Shown here: in pieces, positions 12,302-23,686 of the stretch | Position numbering within the stretch: position 1 is the first letter of the stretch | Layout: every line of letters begins with the position of its first letter | Source of the DNA: Bacteroidota bacterium | Lineage (GTDB): Bacteria; Bacteroidota; Bacteroidia; Bacteroidales; CAIXZF01 | Length of the DNA: 64,000 nt | Direction: 5' to 3' | Assembly (NCBI GenBank): GCA_022709385.1 | Contig: JAKLIX010000020.1 | Span: 12,578-76,577, forward strand | The notes under the pieces: generated by a model | What the model was told of the DNA's origin: nothing | The model's database searches: none | The model's input: the letters and a program-made list of their open reading frames with translations, nothing else | Position numbers and translations under genes: made by a program

Positions 12302-13660
12302 ATGAAAAGACTAATAGAGACCATCAGGAACATATATAAAATTGAAGATCTAAGGAAACGTATCCTCTACACACTCGGTATCCTGCTGATTTACCGTTTT
12401 GGTGCCTATGTGGTGCTTCCGGGGATCGATCCTGTTCACCTGACTGCCCTTCAGCAACAAACCAGCGAAGGACTGCTCGGCCTGCTCAACATGTTCTCGG
12501 GTGGTGCATTCTCGAATGCCTCCATCTTTGCACTGGGGATCATGCCCTACATCTCGGCATCGATTGTGGTGCAGCTTTTGGGGATGGCCATACCCTATTT
12601 CCAGAAACTGCAGAAAGAAGGGGAAAGCGGAAGGAAAAAGATCAACCAGATCACCCGTTACCTGACAGTGATCATCCTTGTTTTCCAATCACCCGCCTAT
12701 ATTACCAACCTGGTTTCACAGCTTCCCAATGAGGCGTTTTATCCATTCTCACCGGATGCTACTCCCACCCGCTTTTTCTGGGTGTCTTCCATTATCCTGC
12801 TGACGGCCGGCTCCATGTTTATCATGTGGCTTGGTGAAAAGATCACGGATAAGGGTATCGGCAATGGTATCTCCCTGATTATCATGATCGGGATCATCGC
12901 AAGGTTACCTTTTGCACTGGCCGGGGAGTTTGTGTCACGTATGGAAGAAAAGGGAGGCGGCGGCCTGGTGGTGTTCGTCGTTGAGATTGCCGTGCTTGTG
13001 CTCGTCATTCTGATCAGCATCCTGCTGGTCCAGGGCACCAGAAAAGTACCCGTCCAGTATGCCAAACGGATCGTCGGGAATAAACAGTACGGTGGCGTGA
13101 GGCAGTATATCCCCCTGAAAGTGAATGCTGCAGGTGTGATGCCCATCATCTTTGCCCAGGCCATCATGTTTCTGCCCATCACCCTGGTCGGATTTACCGA
13201 CAGCCAGGCGGTTTCAAGTTTCGTGGGAGCCTTTCTGGATTACAACGGCTTCTGGTACAACTTTGTCTTTGCCGTCATGATCGTGGCATTCACCTATTTT
13301 TATACTGCCATTACGGTGAATCCCAACCAAATGGCCGAGGACATGAAGAAAAACGGTGGCTTCATCCCCGGTGTGAAACCAGGCCGGAAAACGGCGGATT
13401 TCATGGATTCCATCCTGTCGAAGATCACCCTGCCGGGCTCGCTTTTCCTGGCTTTTGTTGCCATTATGCCTGCCCTGGTGAGGTTTACCGGTGTAAGTAC
13501 GCAGTTTGCACAGTTTTACGGAGGTACTTCCCTGCTGATCCTGGTGGGTGTGGTACTGGATACACTGCAGCAAATTGAGAGTCATCTGCTCATGAGACAT
13601 TATGACGGTTTGATGAAGTCGGGCAGGATCAAAGGAAGAACAATGGGAATGACCGGATAA
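12302..13660 (+). CDS. secY: Preprotein translocase subunit SecY
   Basis: 452-aa polytopic membrane ORF at the standard spc-operon position. It has SecY-like segments (GIMPYISASIVVQLL, GTRKVPVQYAKR). Confidence 0.96.
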   Translation: MKRLIETIRNIYKIEDLRKRILYTLGILLIYRFGAYVVLPGIDPVHLTALQQQTSEGLLGLLNMFSGGAFSNASIFALGIMPYISASIVVQLLGMAIPYFQKLQKEGESGRKKINQITRYLTVIILVFQSPAYITNLVSQLPNEAFYPFSPDATPTRFFWVSSIILLTAGSMFIMWLGEKITDKGIGNGISLIIMIGIIARLPFALAGEFVSRMEEKGGGGLVVFVVEIAVLVLVILISILLVQGTRKVPVQYAKRIVGNKQYGGVRQYIPLKVNAAGVMPIIFAQAIMFLPITLVGFTDSQAVSSFVGAFLDYNGFWYNFVFAVMIVAFTYFYTAITVNPNQMAEDMKKNGGFIPGVKPGRKTADFMDSILSKITLPGSLFLAFVAIMPALVRFTGVSTQFAQFYGGTSLLILVGVVLDTLQQIESHLLMRHYDGLMKSGRIKGRTMGMTG

Positions 13661-13674
13661 AAGCCGCATTGACC

Positions 13675-14478
13675 ATGCTGACGATAAAAACAGAAGAAGA
13701 AATAGAAATAATTAAACACAGTTCTTTGCTTGTTGGAGAAACCCTGGCTGAAGTGGCCAGGTATCTGAAACCGGGTGTAAGCACTGCCACCCTCGATAAA
13801 GTGGCGGAGACCTATATCCGGGATCACGGAGCCGTTCCCGGCTTTAAGGGGTACAGGGGATTTCCCGCCACCCTTTGTGTTTCGGTGAACGACGAAGTGG
13901 TGCACGGGATACCGGGGAAGCGTGAGATCAGGGAAGGAGACATTGTTTCCGTTGACTGCGGCGTGCTGAAAAACGGTTTTTATGGTGATAGTGCCTATAC
14001 TTTCGGTATCGCGCCGGTAAAGGAAAACTATATCAAACTGATGCACATTACCAGGGAATCCCTGCTGAGGGGTATTTCCAGGGCGGTAGCAGGCAACCGG
14101 ACGGGAGATATAGGGTCTGAGATTCAGCAGTTTACCGAAAGTCACGGCTTTTCTGTGGTCAGGGTACTGGTGGGGCACGGCCTTGGACGTAAGCTTCACG
14201 AGGAACCGGAAGTGCCGAATTTCGGCCAGCGTGGAGAGGGAGTGTTGTTAAGGGAACGAATGGTGATCTGTATAGAACCCATGATCAACTTTGGGAAGAA
14301 GGGAGTGACGCAGGACAGGGACGGATGGACCATACGTACCAAAGACCGGCTTCCGAGCGCCCATTTTGAACACGTGGTGGTGATCAGGAAACAACAGGCT
14401 GAAGTGCTGTCAAGTTTTGATGAAATTGAAAAAGCAATCAATGCAATTAATAACGATCATATATGGCTAAACAACTAG
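13675..14478 (+). CDS. map: Type I methionine aminopeptidase
   Basis: About 267-aa ORF with MetAP metal-ligand regions (VDCG..., [15 protein letters not shown]). The ATG at 13675 is preferred over the TTG at 13669. Confidence 0.95.
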   Translation: MLTIKTEEEIEIIKHSSLLVGETLAEVARYLKPGVSTATLDKVAETYIRDHGAVPGFKGYRGFPATLCVSVNDEVVHGIPGKREIREGDIVSVDCGVLKNGFYGDSAYTFGIAPVKENYIKLMHITRESLLRGISRAVAGNRTGDIGSEIQQFTESHGFSVVRVLVGHGLGRKLHEEPEVPNFGQRGEGVLLRERMVICIEPMINFGKKGVTQDRDGWTIRTKDRLPSAHFEHVVVIRKQQAEVLSSFDEIEKAINAINNDHIWLNN

Positions 14479-14681
14479 TCATAGAGCAGGACGGTGTCGT
14501 CAGGGAATCATTGGGCAATGCAATGTTCAGGGTTGAACTTGAGAATGGCCACATGATCATGGCTCATATTTCGGGAAAGATGCGTATGCATTACATTAAA
14601 ATCCTTCCCGGTGATAAAGTCAAAATTGAGATGTCGCCTTATGATCTGACAAAAGGGAGAATCACTTTCAGGTATAAATAG
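14463..14681 (+). CDS. infA: Translation initiation factor IF-1
   Basis: 72-aa ORF with an S1-like fold sequence ([13 protein letters not shown]..., [11 protein letters not shown]). Confidence 0.96.
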   Translation: MAKQLVIEQDGVVRESLGNAMFRVELENGHMIMAHISGKMRMHYIKILPGDKVKIEMSPYDLTKGRITFRYK

Positions 14682-14696
14682 AAAAAAGAAACGCAT

Positions 14697-14813
14697 ATGA
14701 AAGTTAGGGCATCAGTGAAAAAGAGAACTGCCGACTGCAAAGTCGTCAGGAGGAAAGGGAAAATATTTGTGATCAACAAGAAAAACCCCAAATTCAAACA
14801 AAGGCAGGGTTGA
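14697..14813 (+). CDS. rpmJ: 50S ribosomal protein L36 (Cys-poor, zinc-independent type)
   Basis: Absent from the ORF track because it is only 38 codons. Hand translation from ATG 14697 gives [38 protein letters not shown], with the stop at 14811-14813. It lies at the canonical infA-rpmJ-rpsM position. Confidence 0.93.
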   Translation: MKVRASVKKRTADCKVVRRKGKIFVINKKNPKFKQRQG

Positions 14814-14846
14814 TCATAGATTAAAAAATTATAAACACACAGAGAT

Positions 14847-15230
14847 ATGGCAAGAATTGCAGGTATCGATTTACCCAGACAGAAAAGAGGTGAGATCGGT
14901 CTGACTTACATCCACGGAATCGGCAGAAGCAGTGCCCGTTACATTCTGGGTAAGGCTCAGGTGGATTACAACAGGAAGGTATCCGATTGGAACGATGACG
15001 AACTGACCGCCATCCGGAACATCATCAATGATGAGTTCAAGGTGGAGGGGTCATTGCGTTCGGAAGTCCAGATGAATATCAAACGTCTGATGGACATCGG
15101 TTGTTACCGTGGCATCCGGCACCGTGTGGGATTGCCGCTGCGCGGACAGTCGACCAAAAACAACGCACGTACCCGTAAAGGGAGGAAGAAAACCGTTGCC
15201 AACAAGAAAAAGGCTCCCAGCAAGGGTTAA
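14847..15230 (+). CDS. rpsM: 30S ribosomal protein S13
   Basis: 127-aa ORF; [14 protein letters not shown] is the canonical S13 start. Confidence 0.97.
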   Translation: MARIAGIDLPRQKRGEIGLTYIHGIGRSSARYILGKAQVDYNRKVSDWNDDELTAIRNIINDEFKVEGSLRSEVQMNIKRLMDIGCYRGIRHRVGLPLRGQSTKNNARTRKGRKKTVANKKKAPSKG

Positions 15231-15278
15231 TCCCTGGGTTGTCCGGCAATTAATGGATAAGTTAATAAGACAGTATTT

Positions 15279-15668
15279 ATGGCTAAGAGCACAAAAACAT
15301 CCAAGAAACGAATCGTTAAGGTTGATCCGATAGGAAAGGCCTATATCATGGCTTCTTTCAACAACATCATTGTCACCCTGACCAATGAAGCCGGCCAGGT
15401 CATTTCCTGGTCCTCGGCAGGGAAAATGGGTTTCAGGGGATCAAAGAAAAACACACCTTATGCAGCGCAGGTTGCAGCCCAGGATTGTACTAAAGTGGCT
15501 TATGATCTCGGGATGAGGAAGGCCAAGGTATATGTGAAAGGACCAGGTGCAGGCAGGGAATCCGCCATCCGTACGATCCACTCGGCTGGCATCGAGGTAG
15601 TCGAAATCGTGGATGTGACGCCTTTGCCTCATAACGGCTGCAGGCCCCCCAAACGCAGAAGAGTTTAA
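15279..15668 (+). CDS. rpsK: 30S ribosomal protein S11
   Basis: 129-aa ORF with an S11-like sequence ([11 protein letters not shown]..., [16 protein letters not shown]). Confidence 0.97.
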   Translation: MAKSTKTSKKRIVKVDPIGKAYIMASFNNIIVTLTNEAGQVISWSSAGKMGFRGSKKNTPYAAQVAAQDCTKVAYDLGMRKAKVYVKGPGAGRESAIRTIHSAGIEVVEIVDVTPLPHNGCRPPKRRRV

Positions 15669-15695
15669 TTTTTAACAGGATAATACTTAATCAGT

Positions 15696-16301
15696 ATGGC
15701 ACGCTATATCGGTCCGAAAACCAAGATCGCGAGGAAATTCAAGGAGCCTATCTATGGCCCCGACAGAAGTTATGAAAAGAAAAACTATCCTCCGGGGATG
15801 CACGGACCTTCCAAAAGAAGAAGGAAGCAGTCAGAGTACGGGATACAGTTGATGGAAAAGATGAAAGCCAAATACACCTACGGGATTCTGGAACGGCAGT
15901 TCAAGAATGTATTTTCCCGTGCCGCAAGGAAAAAGGGTGTTACGGGTACCATCCTGCTTCAGTTGATCGAAGCCAGACTCGACAATGTGGTGTACCGCTT
16001 CGGCATCGCCCCTTCCCGTTCAGCCGCCCGGCAGCTGGTTTCACACCGTCATATCGTGGTGAACGGCCAGGTAGTCAACATCCCCTCCTTTGAGGTGAAA
16101 GCCGGCGATGTCATTGGCGTGAGAGAGAAATCCAAATCGCTTGAAATCATCAGCAATGCCGTCCTGTCCAGAAGCGATAAATACCCCTGGCTGGAATGGG
16201 AACCCACCACCATGAGCGGGACCTTTATCAAATATCCCGACAGGGATGAAATACCCGAAAATATCAGGGAACAGCTCATCGTCGAGTTATATTCCAAGTA
16301 A
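15696..16301 (+). CDS. rpsD: 30S ribosomal protein S4
   Basis: 201-aa ORF starting [15 protein letters not shown], with an S4 RNA-binding domain. Confidence 0.97.
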   Translation: MARYIGPKTKIARKFKEPIYGPDRSYEKKNYPPGMHGPSKRRRKQSEYGIQLMEKMKAKYTYGILERQFKNVFSRAARKKGVTGTILLQLIEARLDNVVYRFGIAPSRSAARQLVSHRHIVVNGQVVNIPSFEVKAGDVIGVREKSKSLEIISNAVLSRSDKYPWLEWEPTTMSGTFIKYPDRDEIPENIREQLIVELYSK

Positions 16302-16335
16302 AATTAAACCTGGCATTAACAAAACAAGGGAAATT

Positions 16336-17328
16336 ATGGCAATATTAGCTTTCCAGAAACCTGACAAGGTTATCATGCTCGAATCGGATGCTTTCAAAGG
16401 AAGCTTTGAATTCCGTCCGCTGGAACCCGGTTTTGGTGTTACAATCGGCAATTCCCTGAGGAGAATATTGTTGTCCTCACTGGAGGGATATGCCATCACC
16501 TCCATAAAAATCGACGGTGTGGAACAGGAATTCTCCACGATGAAGGGCGTGCTGGAAGATGTGGCAGAGATCATCCTGAAATTAAAACAGATCAGGTTTA
16601 AACGCCTTCTGGATTCGGAAACCTCCGAAAAGGCCCATATCGTCATCGGGGGCCAGGAAGCCTTCACGGCCGGAGATATCAATAAATTCCTGTCCGTATT
16701 CCAGGTACTGAACCCGGAACTGGTGATCTGTCATATGGACCCGGCTACCAAGTTCTCCATGGAGATCACCATCGATAAGGGACGCGGATATGTGCCGGCC
16801 GAGGAAAATAAAACCCTGAATCCTCCCATCGGAACCATCTTTATCGATTCCATCCATACTCCTATACGGAATGTGAGCTACAGCATCGAGAATTTCAGGG
16901 TGGAACAGAAAACCGACTATGAGAAACTGATCATCGAGGTTACCACCGATGGCTCTATCGCACCAAAAGAAGCCCTCAAAGAAGCCGCAAAAATACTGAT
17001 CCATCATTTCATGCTCTTTTCCGATGAGAAAATCAAACTCGATGTGGAGGAAAAGACCGTGACTGAGGAATTTGATGAAAGTTCCCTCCATATCCGCCAG
17101 TTATTGAAAACCAAACTGGTGGATCTTGACCTCAGTGTCAGGGCACTCAACTGCCTCAAAGCTGCCGATGTGGAAACACTCGGCGAACTGGTGGCCTACA
17201 ATAAAAACGATTTGTTGAAATTCAGAAATTTCGGAAGGAAATCCCTTACCGAACTCGAAGAACTGGTGAAATCCAAAGGGCTGGAGTTCGGTATGAATGT
17301 TACCAAGTATAAATTAGATAAGGAATAG
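16336..17328 (+). CDS. rpoA: DNA-directed RNA polymerase subunit alpha
   Basis: The track ORF 16246..17328 overlaps rpsD. The internal ATG at 16336 gives [12 protein letters not shown]..., a typical RpoA start of 330 aa, and the C-terminal domain has [10 protein letters not shown]. Confidence 0.95.
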   Translation: MAILAFQKPDKVIMLESDAFKGSFEFRPLEPGFGVTIGNSLRRILLSSLEGYAITSIKIDGVEQEFSTMKGVLEDVAEIILKLKQIRFKRLLDSETSEKAHIVIGGQEAFTAGDINKFLSVFQVLNPELVICHMDPATKFSMEITIDKGRGYVPAEENKTLNPPIGTIFIDSIHTPIRNVSYSIENFRVEQKTDYEKLIIEVTTDGSIAPKEALKEAAKILIHHFMLFSDEKIKLDVEEKTVTEEFDESSLHIRQLLKTKLVDLDLSVRALNCLKAADVETLGELVAYNKNDLLKFRNFGRKSLTELEELVKSKGLEFGMNVTKYKLDKE

Positions 17329-17333
17329 TTGCA

Positions 17334-18029
17334 ATGAGACACCGCAAGAGCTTTAATCACCTCGGACGTACAAGTTCACACCGGGAAGCCATGTTGTCCA
17401 ATATGGCCGCCTCACTGATCATGCACAAACGGATCAACACCACCCTGGCCAAGGCCAAGGCCCTGAGATCATATGTAGAACCGCTGATCAGCCGGTCAAA
17501 GGAAGATACTACCCACAACCGCAGGATGGTTTTCAGTTACCTTCAGAATAAGGAAGCCGTAACAGAACTTTTCAGGAATATTTCGCAGAAAATCGCCGAC
17601 AGACCGGGTGGTTATACCCGCATCTTTAAACTGGGCAGCCGCCCGGGCGACAATGCCGAGATGTGCCTGATCGAACTGGTCGATTTTAACGACACCTATG
17701 TAAAGGACAGCAAATCAGCCGCTGCCAAATCCAAAACCAGACGCGGAAGAGGCAGAAAAAAGGCGGAAGACACAGATACTCCGGTGCACCGGGCTGAAAG
17801 TCCTAAAAAGGAAGTGGTGACAGACCAGCCGGCCGCAGTGACCGAAGTTGTTGAAACGCCCGATTTACAGCTTGCGGATACAGCAGCCGAAACCACGGAA
17901 GTATTGGAATCTCCTGAAGCACAGGTTGAAGATAGCATGGCCGAAGCTGAACTGCCGGAGGAAACAACCGGAGAAACACCGCAGGACACAGCGGAAGAGG
18001 AGCATGGAGATAAGGAACAACAGGCCTGA
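17334..18029 (+). CDS. rplQ: 50S ribosomal protein L17 with a long acidic C-terminal extension
   Basis: The N-terminal ~125 aa are canonical L17 ([17 protein letters not shown]...). The C-terminal ~100 aa are low-complexity, basic at first and then rich in Glu, Thr, Ala and Pro. Confidence 0.95.
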   Translation: MRHRKSFNHLGRTSSHREAMLSNMAASLIMHKRINTTLAKAKALRSYVEPLISRSKEDTTHNRRMVFSYLQNKEAVTELFRNISQKIADRPGGYTRIFKLGSRPGDNAEMCLIELVDFNDTYVKDSKSAAAKSKTRRGRGRKKAEDTDTPVHRAESPKKEVVTDQPAAVTEVVETPDLQLADTAAETTEVLESPEAQVEDSMAEAELPEETTGETPQDTAEEEHGDKEQQA

Positions 18030-18050
18030 TCCCGCCTGAACCAAAAAAAT

Positions 18051-18090
18051 AAGGATGAAGTATGAACCATACTTCGTCCTTTTTTTGTTT
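18051..18090 (+). terminator. Intrinsic terminator closing the ribosomal supercluster
   Basis: AAGGATGAAGTAT (18051-18063) pairs with ATACTTCGTCCTT (18069-18081), with one G-U pair. A run TTTTTTGTTT follows directly, 22 nt after the rplQ stop. Confidence 0.75.
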
Positions 18091-18107
18091 ATACATTAAT
18101 GACTTAA

Positions 18108-19409
<1,302 letters not shown>

Positions 19410-19547
19410 TGCCGTACACGCTTGCCTGGTAATTGACCCGCAATCCCCGGCATACCGGTATAAAACCCGGACCCGGTGTTGTGTGCTTTTGGTTGAGGAT
19501 GTTGTGTTTACAGCATATATTTATTCATCTTTTAACAATGTAATGTT

Positions 19548-20249
19548 ATGAAAAAGTCGGTGATGTTTTCTTGCTTTCTGTTAATGATTGCATTTTCCCT
19601 TACTAAGGCTTTTTCGCAGGACTGTACCAGTTACATGCCGGTGAAAGAAGGCACACGCATGGAAATGAAACACTTCGATGCAAAAGATAAACTGGAGAGC
19701 AGCACCAGGATGACCATCCTGAAAAAACACAATACCCCCGACGGCTATGCCATTGATGTGCAGGTGAACAGCTTCGATGCCAAAGGAAAGGAAGCCATGA
19801 GCAACAAACTTACCTTTCGCTGCAGCCACGGAGAGTTTATCTGGGACATGAACGACCTGATGAAGGGCATGCCCGCGATGGAAGGTATGGAGGATATGAA
19901 GATTAAGATCAGTGGCAGCGATTTAAAATTTCCGTCCAGATTGCAGGTTGGACAAAAGCTTGAAGACGCGGAAATTAATTTTGCCATGGAGAGTGGGGGC
20001 ATGGTGATGATGACTATTAAAGTGCGCATCATCAACCGCAAAGTGGTTGCGAAGGAGAATATTACCACCCCGGCAGGAACCTTCGATTGCTATAAGCTTA
20101 GTTATGAGGTTGATACAGAATCCATGTTCTCGATGAAAATGTTCCAGACCGACTGGATAGCCGAAGAAACAGGTGTCGTCAGGTCTGAAAATTACGACCA
20201 GAACAATAAACTGACCTCTTATTCGCTACTGACAGAACTGAAACGTTAA
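19548..20249 (+). CDS. Secreted hypothetical protein (possibly a DUF3108-like beta-barrel)
   Basis: 233-aa ORF with an N-terminal signal peptide (MKKSVMFSCFLLMIAFSLTKAFSQ). I saw no catalytic motif, and the family guess is weak. Confidence 0.6.
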   Translation: MKKSVMFSCFLLMIAFSLTKAFSQDCTSYMPVKEGTRMEMKHFDAKDKLESSTRMTILKKHNTPDGYAIDVQVNSFDAKGKEAMSNKLTFRCSHGEFIWDMNDLMKGMPAMEGMEDMKIKISGSDLKFPSRLQVGQKLEDAEINFAMESGGMVMMTIKVRIINRKVVAKENITTPAGTFDCYKLSYEVDTESMFSMKMFQTDWIAEETGVVRSENYDQNNKLTSYSLLTELKR

Positions 20250-21379
20250 TGCTTATGAAAAGACAAACCCTGAGCAAGCTGTTCCTTTTCCTGGCGGTGT
20301 TCTCCGTCCTGGCTTCAGCTTATGCGGCACCCGTAAAGACGAGTATCCGGGGAAACCTGAAAGGCAACAGCATTTATACCGAAATATCGCTTCGTTTGCC
20401 GGTCCGGGAGGTTTCCATTTTTAGTAAGGCTCCCATCCTGGCCGATGGATCTTTTACCCTGGAATTTGAGCTGGCGGAAGCTGAGCTGTTTCGTTTGTTT
20501 CTGGCCGATAATAACAATATGCTGCTGGTGGTCAGGCCGGGAGACCGCCTGCAACTCACCCTCGATGCAGCCAACCTCGGCAATAATCCACAGGCGAACG
20601 GAAGTGCCGAAAACCAGGCATTCTGGGACTTCGGCCGGCAGTATGCGATGCTCAGCGCAGGGGTCGACAGTGTTGAAACTGCCTGGAAATCATTGCAACA
20701 GGCGGGTGCCGGAACGGATAAGGCTTTTGAAACCCTCAGGGGACGCTTCGCTTTTTACGATCAGCTCAGAACCCAGGCTGTGATTGAGTATGTCAGGGCG
20801 AATCCGGCTTCACTGACAGGACTGGTGTACATGGAACGGCTCGATATCGACGAACATTTCGGGGTGTACGATCTTTACGATAAAGCATTGTTTGCCGTCT
20901 ATCCGGAGAATAATTTCGTGAAGGAATTTCACCGCAAAGTGGAGGCTGCCCGCGTGCTTGCCATTGGCAATGTGGCTCCTGAAATCTCCCTGCCCGATAC
21001 CAGTGGCCAGGTGAAAAGCCTGTCATCCCTGAGAGGAAAGGTCGTGCTCATCGACTTCTGGGCTGCGTGGTGCGGCCCCTGCCGTAAAGAAAACCCCCAC
21101 GTCAAGGAAATGTATAAGAAATACAACAGCCTTGGTTTCGAGGTCTTTGGCGTCAGCCTTGACCGGACAGCCGAAGCATGGAAAAAAGCCATCCGCGACG
21201 ATGGACTCGTGTGGACCCAGGTCAGCGACCTGTTGTATTGGAAATCAGATGCGGCCAAGCTTTACGGTGTCAGCGCCATACCTTTTACGGTGCTGATCGA
21301 TCGTGAAGGCCGGATCATCGGGAAAAAACTCCGGGGCGAGATGCTGACCCAGAAACTGCAGGAGATTTTCGGTCAGTAA
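20249..21379 (+). CDS. TlpA/ResA-like thiol:disulfide oxidoreductase with an N-terminal DUF4369-like domain
   Basis: 376-aa ORF with a signal peptide. The C-terminal thioredoxin fold has the WAAWCGPCRKENP active site. The start overlaps the upstream stop (TAATG). Confidence 0.85.
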   Translation: MLMKRQTLSKLFLFLAVFSVLASAYAAPVKTSIRGNLKGNSIYTEISLRLPVREVSIFSKAPILADGSFTLEFELAEAELFRLFLADNNNMLLVVRPGDRLQLTLDAANLGNNPQANGSAENQAFWDFGRQYAMLSAGVDSVETAWKSLQQAGAGTDKAFETLRGRFAFYDQLRTQAVIEYVRANPASLTGLVYMERLDIDEHFGVYDLYDKALFAVYPENNFVKEFHRKVEAARVLAIGNVAPEISLPDTSGQVKSLSSLRGKVVLIDFWAAWCGPCRKENPHVKEMYKKYNSLGFEVFGVSLDRTAEAWKKAIRDDGLVWTQVSDLLYWKSDAAKLYGVSAIPFTVLIDREGRIIGKKLRGEMLTQKLQEIFGQ

Positions 21380-21393
21380 ACCCGGCCTTCCGG

Positions 21394-22110
21394 CTAGTTA
21401 CCTTTTTTAATCCCCAGCAGTTCCACTTCGAAAATCAGGGTCGAACCGGCCGGGATCGGACCGACTTCCCTGTCTCCGTATCCCAGTTCAGAAGGAATTA
21501 CGAATTCAAAGGTGCTGCCCACCTGCATCATCTGAATGCCCAGGGTCCAGCCCCTGATCAGGTTTCCGAGAGGGAAACTTACCGGTTCACCGGCCTTGGT
21601 CTCGTCGAATACTTCCCCGTTTAGCAGCCTTCCCCGGTAATATACTGACACCGTGTCTGATGCAAGAGGTTTGTCACCGCTGCCTTCCTTCAATACCCTG
21701 TACAGCAGCCCTTCAGGCCCTTCGATAACACCGGGCTTGGTTTTGTATTCCTTACAGAACTCCGCTCCCTTGCTTTTGTTTTCTGAAATCATCGTTTGTT
21801 GTTCGTTATTTTGTTTTTCCTCCATCTCCGTCTGAAATCGCTGCATCACCCGGTCTATCTCCTCACGGCTGATGAGCGTGTCCTTCCCCCTGTATCCGAG
21901 TTCCAGCCCCAGCATAAAACTCTTCTCATTCAGCTCGATCTGGCTTCGCTTCATGTTCTGTCCGATATCGGCACCAATGATATAGGATACTGTGTCGATA
22001 CGGTTTTTGAAATGGGCGTTCTCAGACGCTTCTTTCTTTTTTTGCTGACCCGAAGTGCTTACCGTAAAAGCAATGACCATAACTGACAGCAAAGCAATGT
22101 GATTCTTCAT
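21394..22110 (-). CDS. FKBP-type peptidyl-prolyl cis-trans isomerase (Mip/FkpA-like, secreted)
   Basis: The C-terminal FKBP domain shows YRGRLLNGEVFD..., FPLGNLIRGW and IPSELGYG. The ATG at 22110 (MKNHIALLSV..., a signal peptide) is preferred over 22137. Confidence 0.88.
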   Translation of the reverse strand: MKNHIALLSVMVIAFTVSTSGQQKKKEASENAHFKNRIDTVSYIIGADIGQNMKRSQIELNEKSFMLGLELGYRGKDTLISREEIDRVMQRFQTEMEEKQNNEQQTMISENKSKGAEFCKEYKTKPGVIEGPEGLLYRVLKEGSGDKPLASDTVSVYYRGRLLNGEVFDETKAGEPVSFPLGNLIRGWTLGIQMMQVGSTFEFVIPSELGYGDREVGPIPAGSTLIFEVELLGIKKGN

Positions 22111-22187
22111 AAAAATGGATGTTAATATTTTCGCCAAACCTAAGTGAAATTCTTCACATAGACAAACATTGATTATTGTCCTGCAAA

Positions 22188-22742
22188 CTATTCGCCAAGC
22201 GGTTTTGCCGTAATCCAGTCAATAATCTGTTCTGAATCAGGTTTTTCCTTCGGAGGTACCATCATGATCAATTTCCCCTCTTCGTTGATCAGATATTTCT
22301 GGAAATTCCATTTCACCTCACTGTCCAGCTTCCCGTTCAGGCTTTTTTGAGTCAGCCAGCGGTAAACCGGGTGCATGTCTTCTCCTTTCACCGAGATCTT
22401 GGCCATCATCGGAAAGGTGACGCCGTAATTCTTTGTGCAGAATTCCCTGATCTCATCATTGGTGCCAGGTTCCTGGCTCAGAAAGTTGTTGGCGGGGAAT
22501 CCGATAATGATGAATTGATCCGAAGCATACTGTTTGTATAGTTTCTCCAGAAGCTCATACTGGGGTGTCAGACCGCATTTGGAAGCGGTGTTCACGATCA
22601 TCACTTTTTTGCCCTTGAGGGATGAAAAAAGTAAATCTTCTCCGTCGATGGTTTTGGCCTGCAGGCTGTAAAAAGATTGTTCCTGTGCGCTCAATATCAT
22701 GGGAAAAAGCAAGGCCAGGATAAGGTAAGCTGTTGTCTTCAT
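22188..22742 (-). CDS. Glutathione peroxidase family protein with a signal peptide
   Basis: 184-aa ORF with GPx motifs (VNTASKCGLTPQY, FPANNF, KWNFQKYLI). Confidence 0.9.
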   Translation of the reverse strand: MKTTAYLILALLFPMILSAQEQSFYSLQAKTIDGEDLLFSSLKGKKVMIVNTASKCGLTPQYELLEKLYKQYASDQFIIIGFPANNFLSQEPGTNDEIREFCTKNYGVTFPMMAKISVKGEDMHPVYRWLTQKSLNGKLDSEVKWNFQKYLINEEGKLIMMVPPKEKPDSEQIIDWITAKPLGE

Positions 22743-22853
22743 TTGAATTACGTATAAAATGGGTTGTAAAGCGGCTTGAACATTTCAGAACCGCCGGACT
22801 TCTCCTCATCTCTGTATCTGGGTAGATCAGGCGGCTCTGCTTACAGGAAACAA

Positions 22854-23561
22854 TTACATCATGATAATGTTTTCATCCGCCACCAGGGGTTTGTTCTGGA
22901 ACCTGAGCATGACCCTGACAATGGCTACCACATCACGCTGGCAGTATTCCACGATCCTGGGAAGATCATTATCGACCCAGTAAACACGGCCTACCTCACT
23001 CCCGTCAATGTCGTTCTTCGGATTCGGGATATTCAGGATATGTACCAGCAATTCCAGGGAGGTGTAGCTTTTATAATCTCCGAACTTCCAGAGTTCCATG
23101 GTGTCAAGATGACGTACTTCCCATGGCTTTTTCCCTGCCAGGTCGAGGATGTCGGGCAGCTCGATCCCGTGAACCACCATCCTGCGGGCCAGGAAAGGAA
23201 AATCAAATTCTTTCCCGTTGTGGGCACAAAGCAGGTGGTGTTCCTGTGAATAAAAGGATTGAAGAAGGGCTGCGAAATCTCTCAGGATCAGACCTTCATC
23301 ATGCCCTGCGAATGATTTGACACGAAGCTGGTGATCACTGTAGATGCCGGTCGAAATACAGACAACCCGGGCAAACTCGGCATAAATACCCGCACGCTGG
23401 TAGGTGGCCTCCGGTTCTTCCTCACGGTAATCCCGCAAATTCCTGGCTTTCTTATCCCAGAGCCTCCGCTCCGCTTCCTCCAGCGAAGCATAGCCGGGGC
23501 TCAGCGGCACGGTTTCAATGTCGAGAAACAAAACATGCCGTAAATCAAGTTTTCTTAACAT
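22854..23561 (-). CDS. RNase H-like 3'-5' exonuclease related to the PolB exonuclease domain
   Basis: 235-aa ORF with an ExoI-like motif (LFLDIETVP) and later acidic motifs (HNGKEFDFPFL, YCQRDV). Confidence 0.7.
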   Translation of the reverse strand: MLRKLDLRHVLFLDIETVPLSPGYASLEEAERRLWDKKARNLRDYREEEPEATYQRAGIYAEFARVVCISTGIYSDHQLRVKSFAGHDEGLILRDFAALLQSFYSQEHHLLCAHNGKEFDFPFLARRMVVHGIELPDILDLAGKKPWEVRHLDTMELWKFGDYKSYTSLELLVHILNIPNPKNDIDGSEVGRVYWVDNDLPRIVEYCQRDVVAIVRVMLRFQNKPLVADENIIMM

Positions 23562-23572
23562 GGTTTATCGCT

Positions 23573-23580
23573 TAAATTTG
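23573..23580 (+). promoter_or_regulatory. Candidate Bacteroidota -7 promoter box (TAAATTTG, matching TAnnTTTG)
   Basis: An exact TAnnTTTG match lies 4 nt upstream of repeat copy 1, in a divergent intergenic region. I saw no clear -33 TTTG. Confidence 0.35.
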
Positions 23581-23584
23581 TATG

Positions 23585-23686
23585 CTGAATCTTAGCGAAA
23601 ATGCGAAGCAATTCTCGGTTAGATTCAAATATACCGATAACTCTGGAAACATTTTTTTCTCATTCCTGTGTTCTTTCGGTATAAAA
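23585..23686 (+). repeat. Copy 1 of a ~100-nt structured repeat (candidate leader or small RNA)
   Basis: Hand alignment with 34447-34546 shows roughly four-fifths identity. The stems CTGAATCT/AGATTCA and ATACCGA/TCGGTAT are conserved. Confidence 0.6.
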
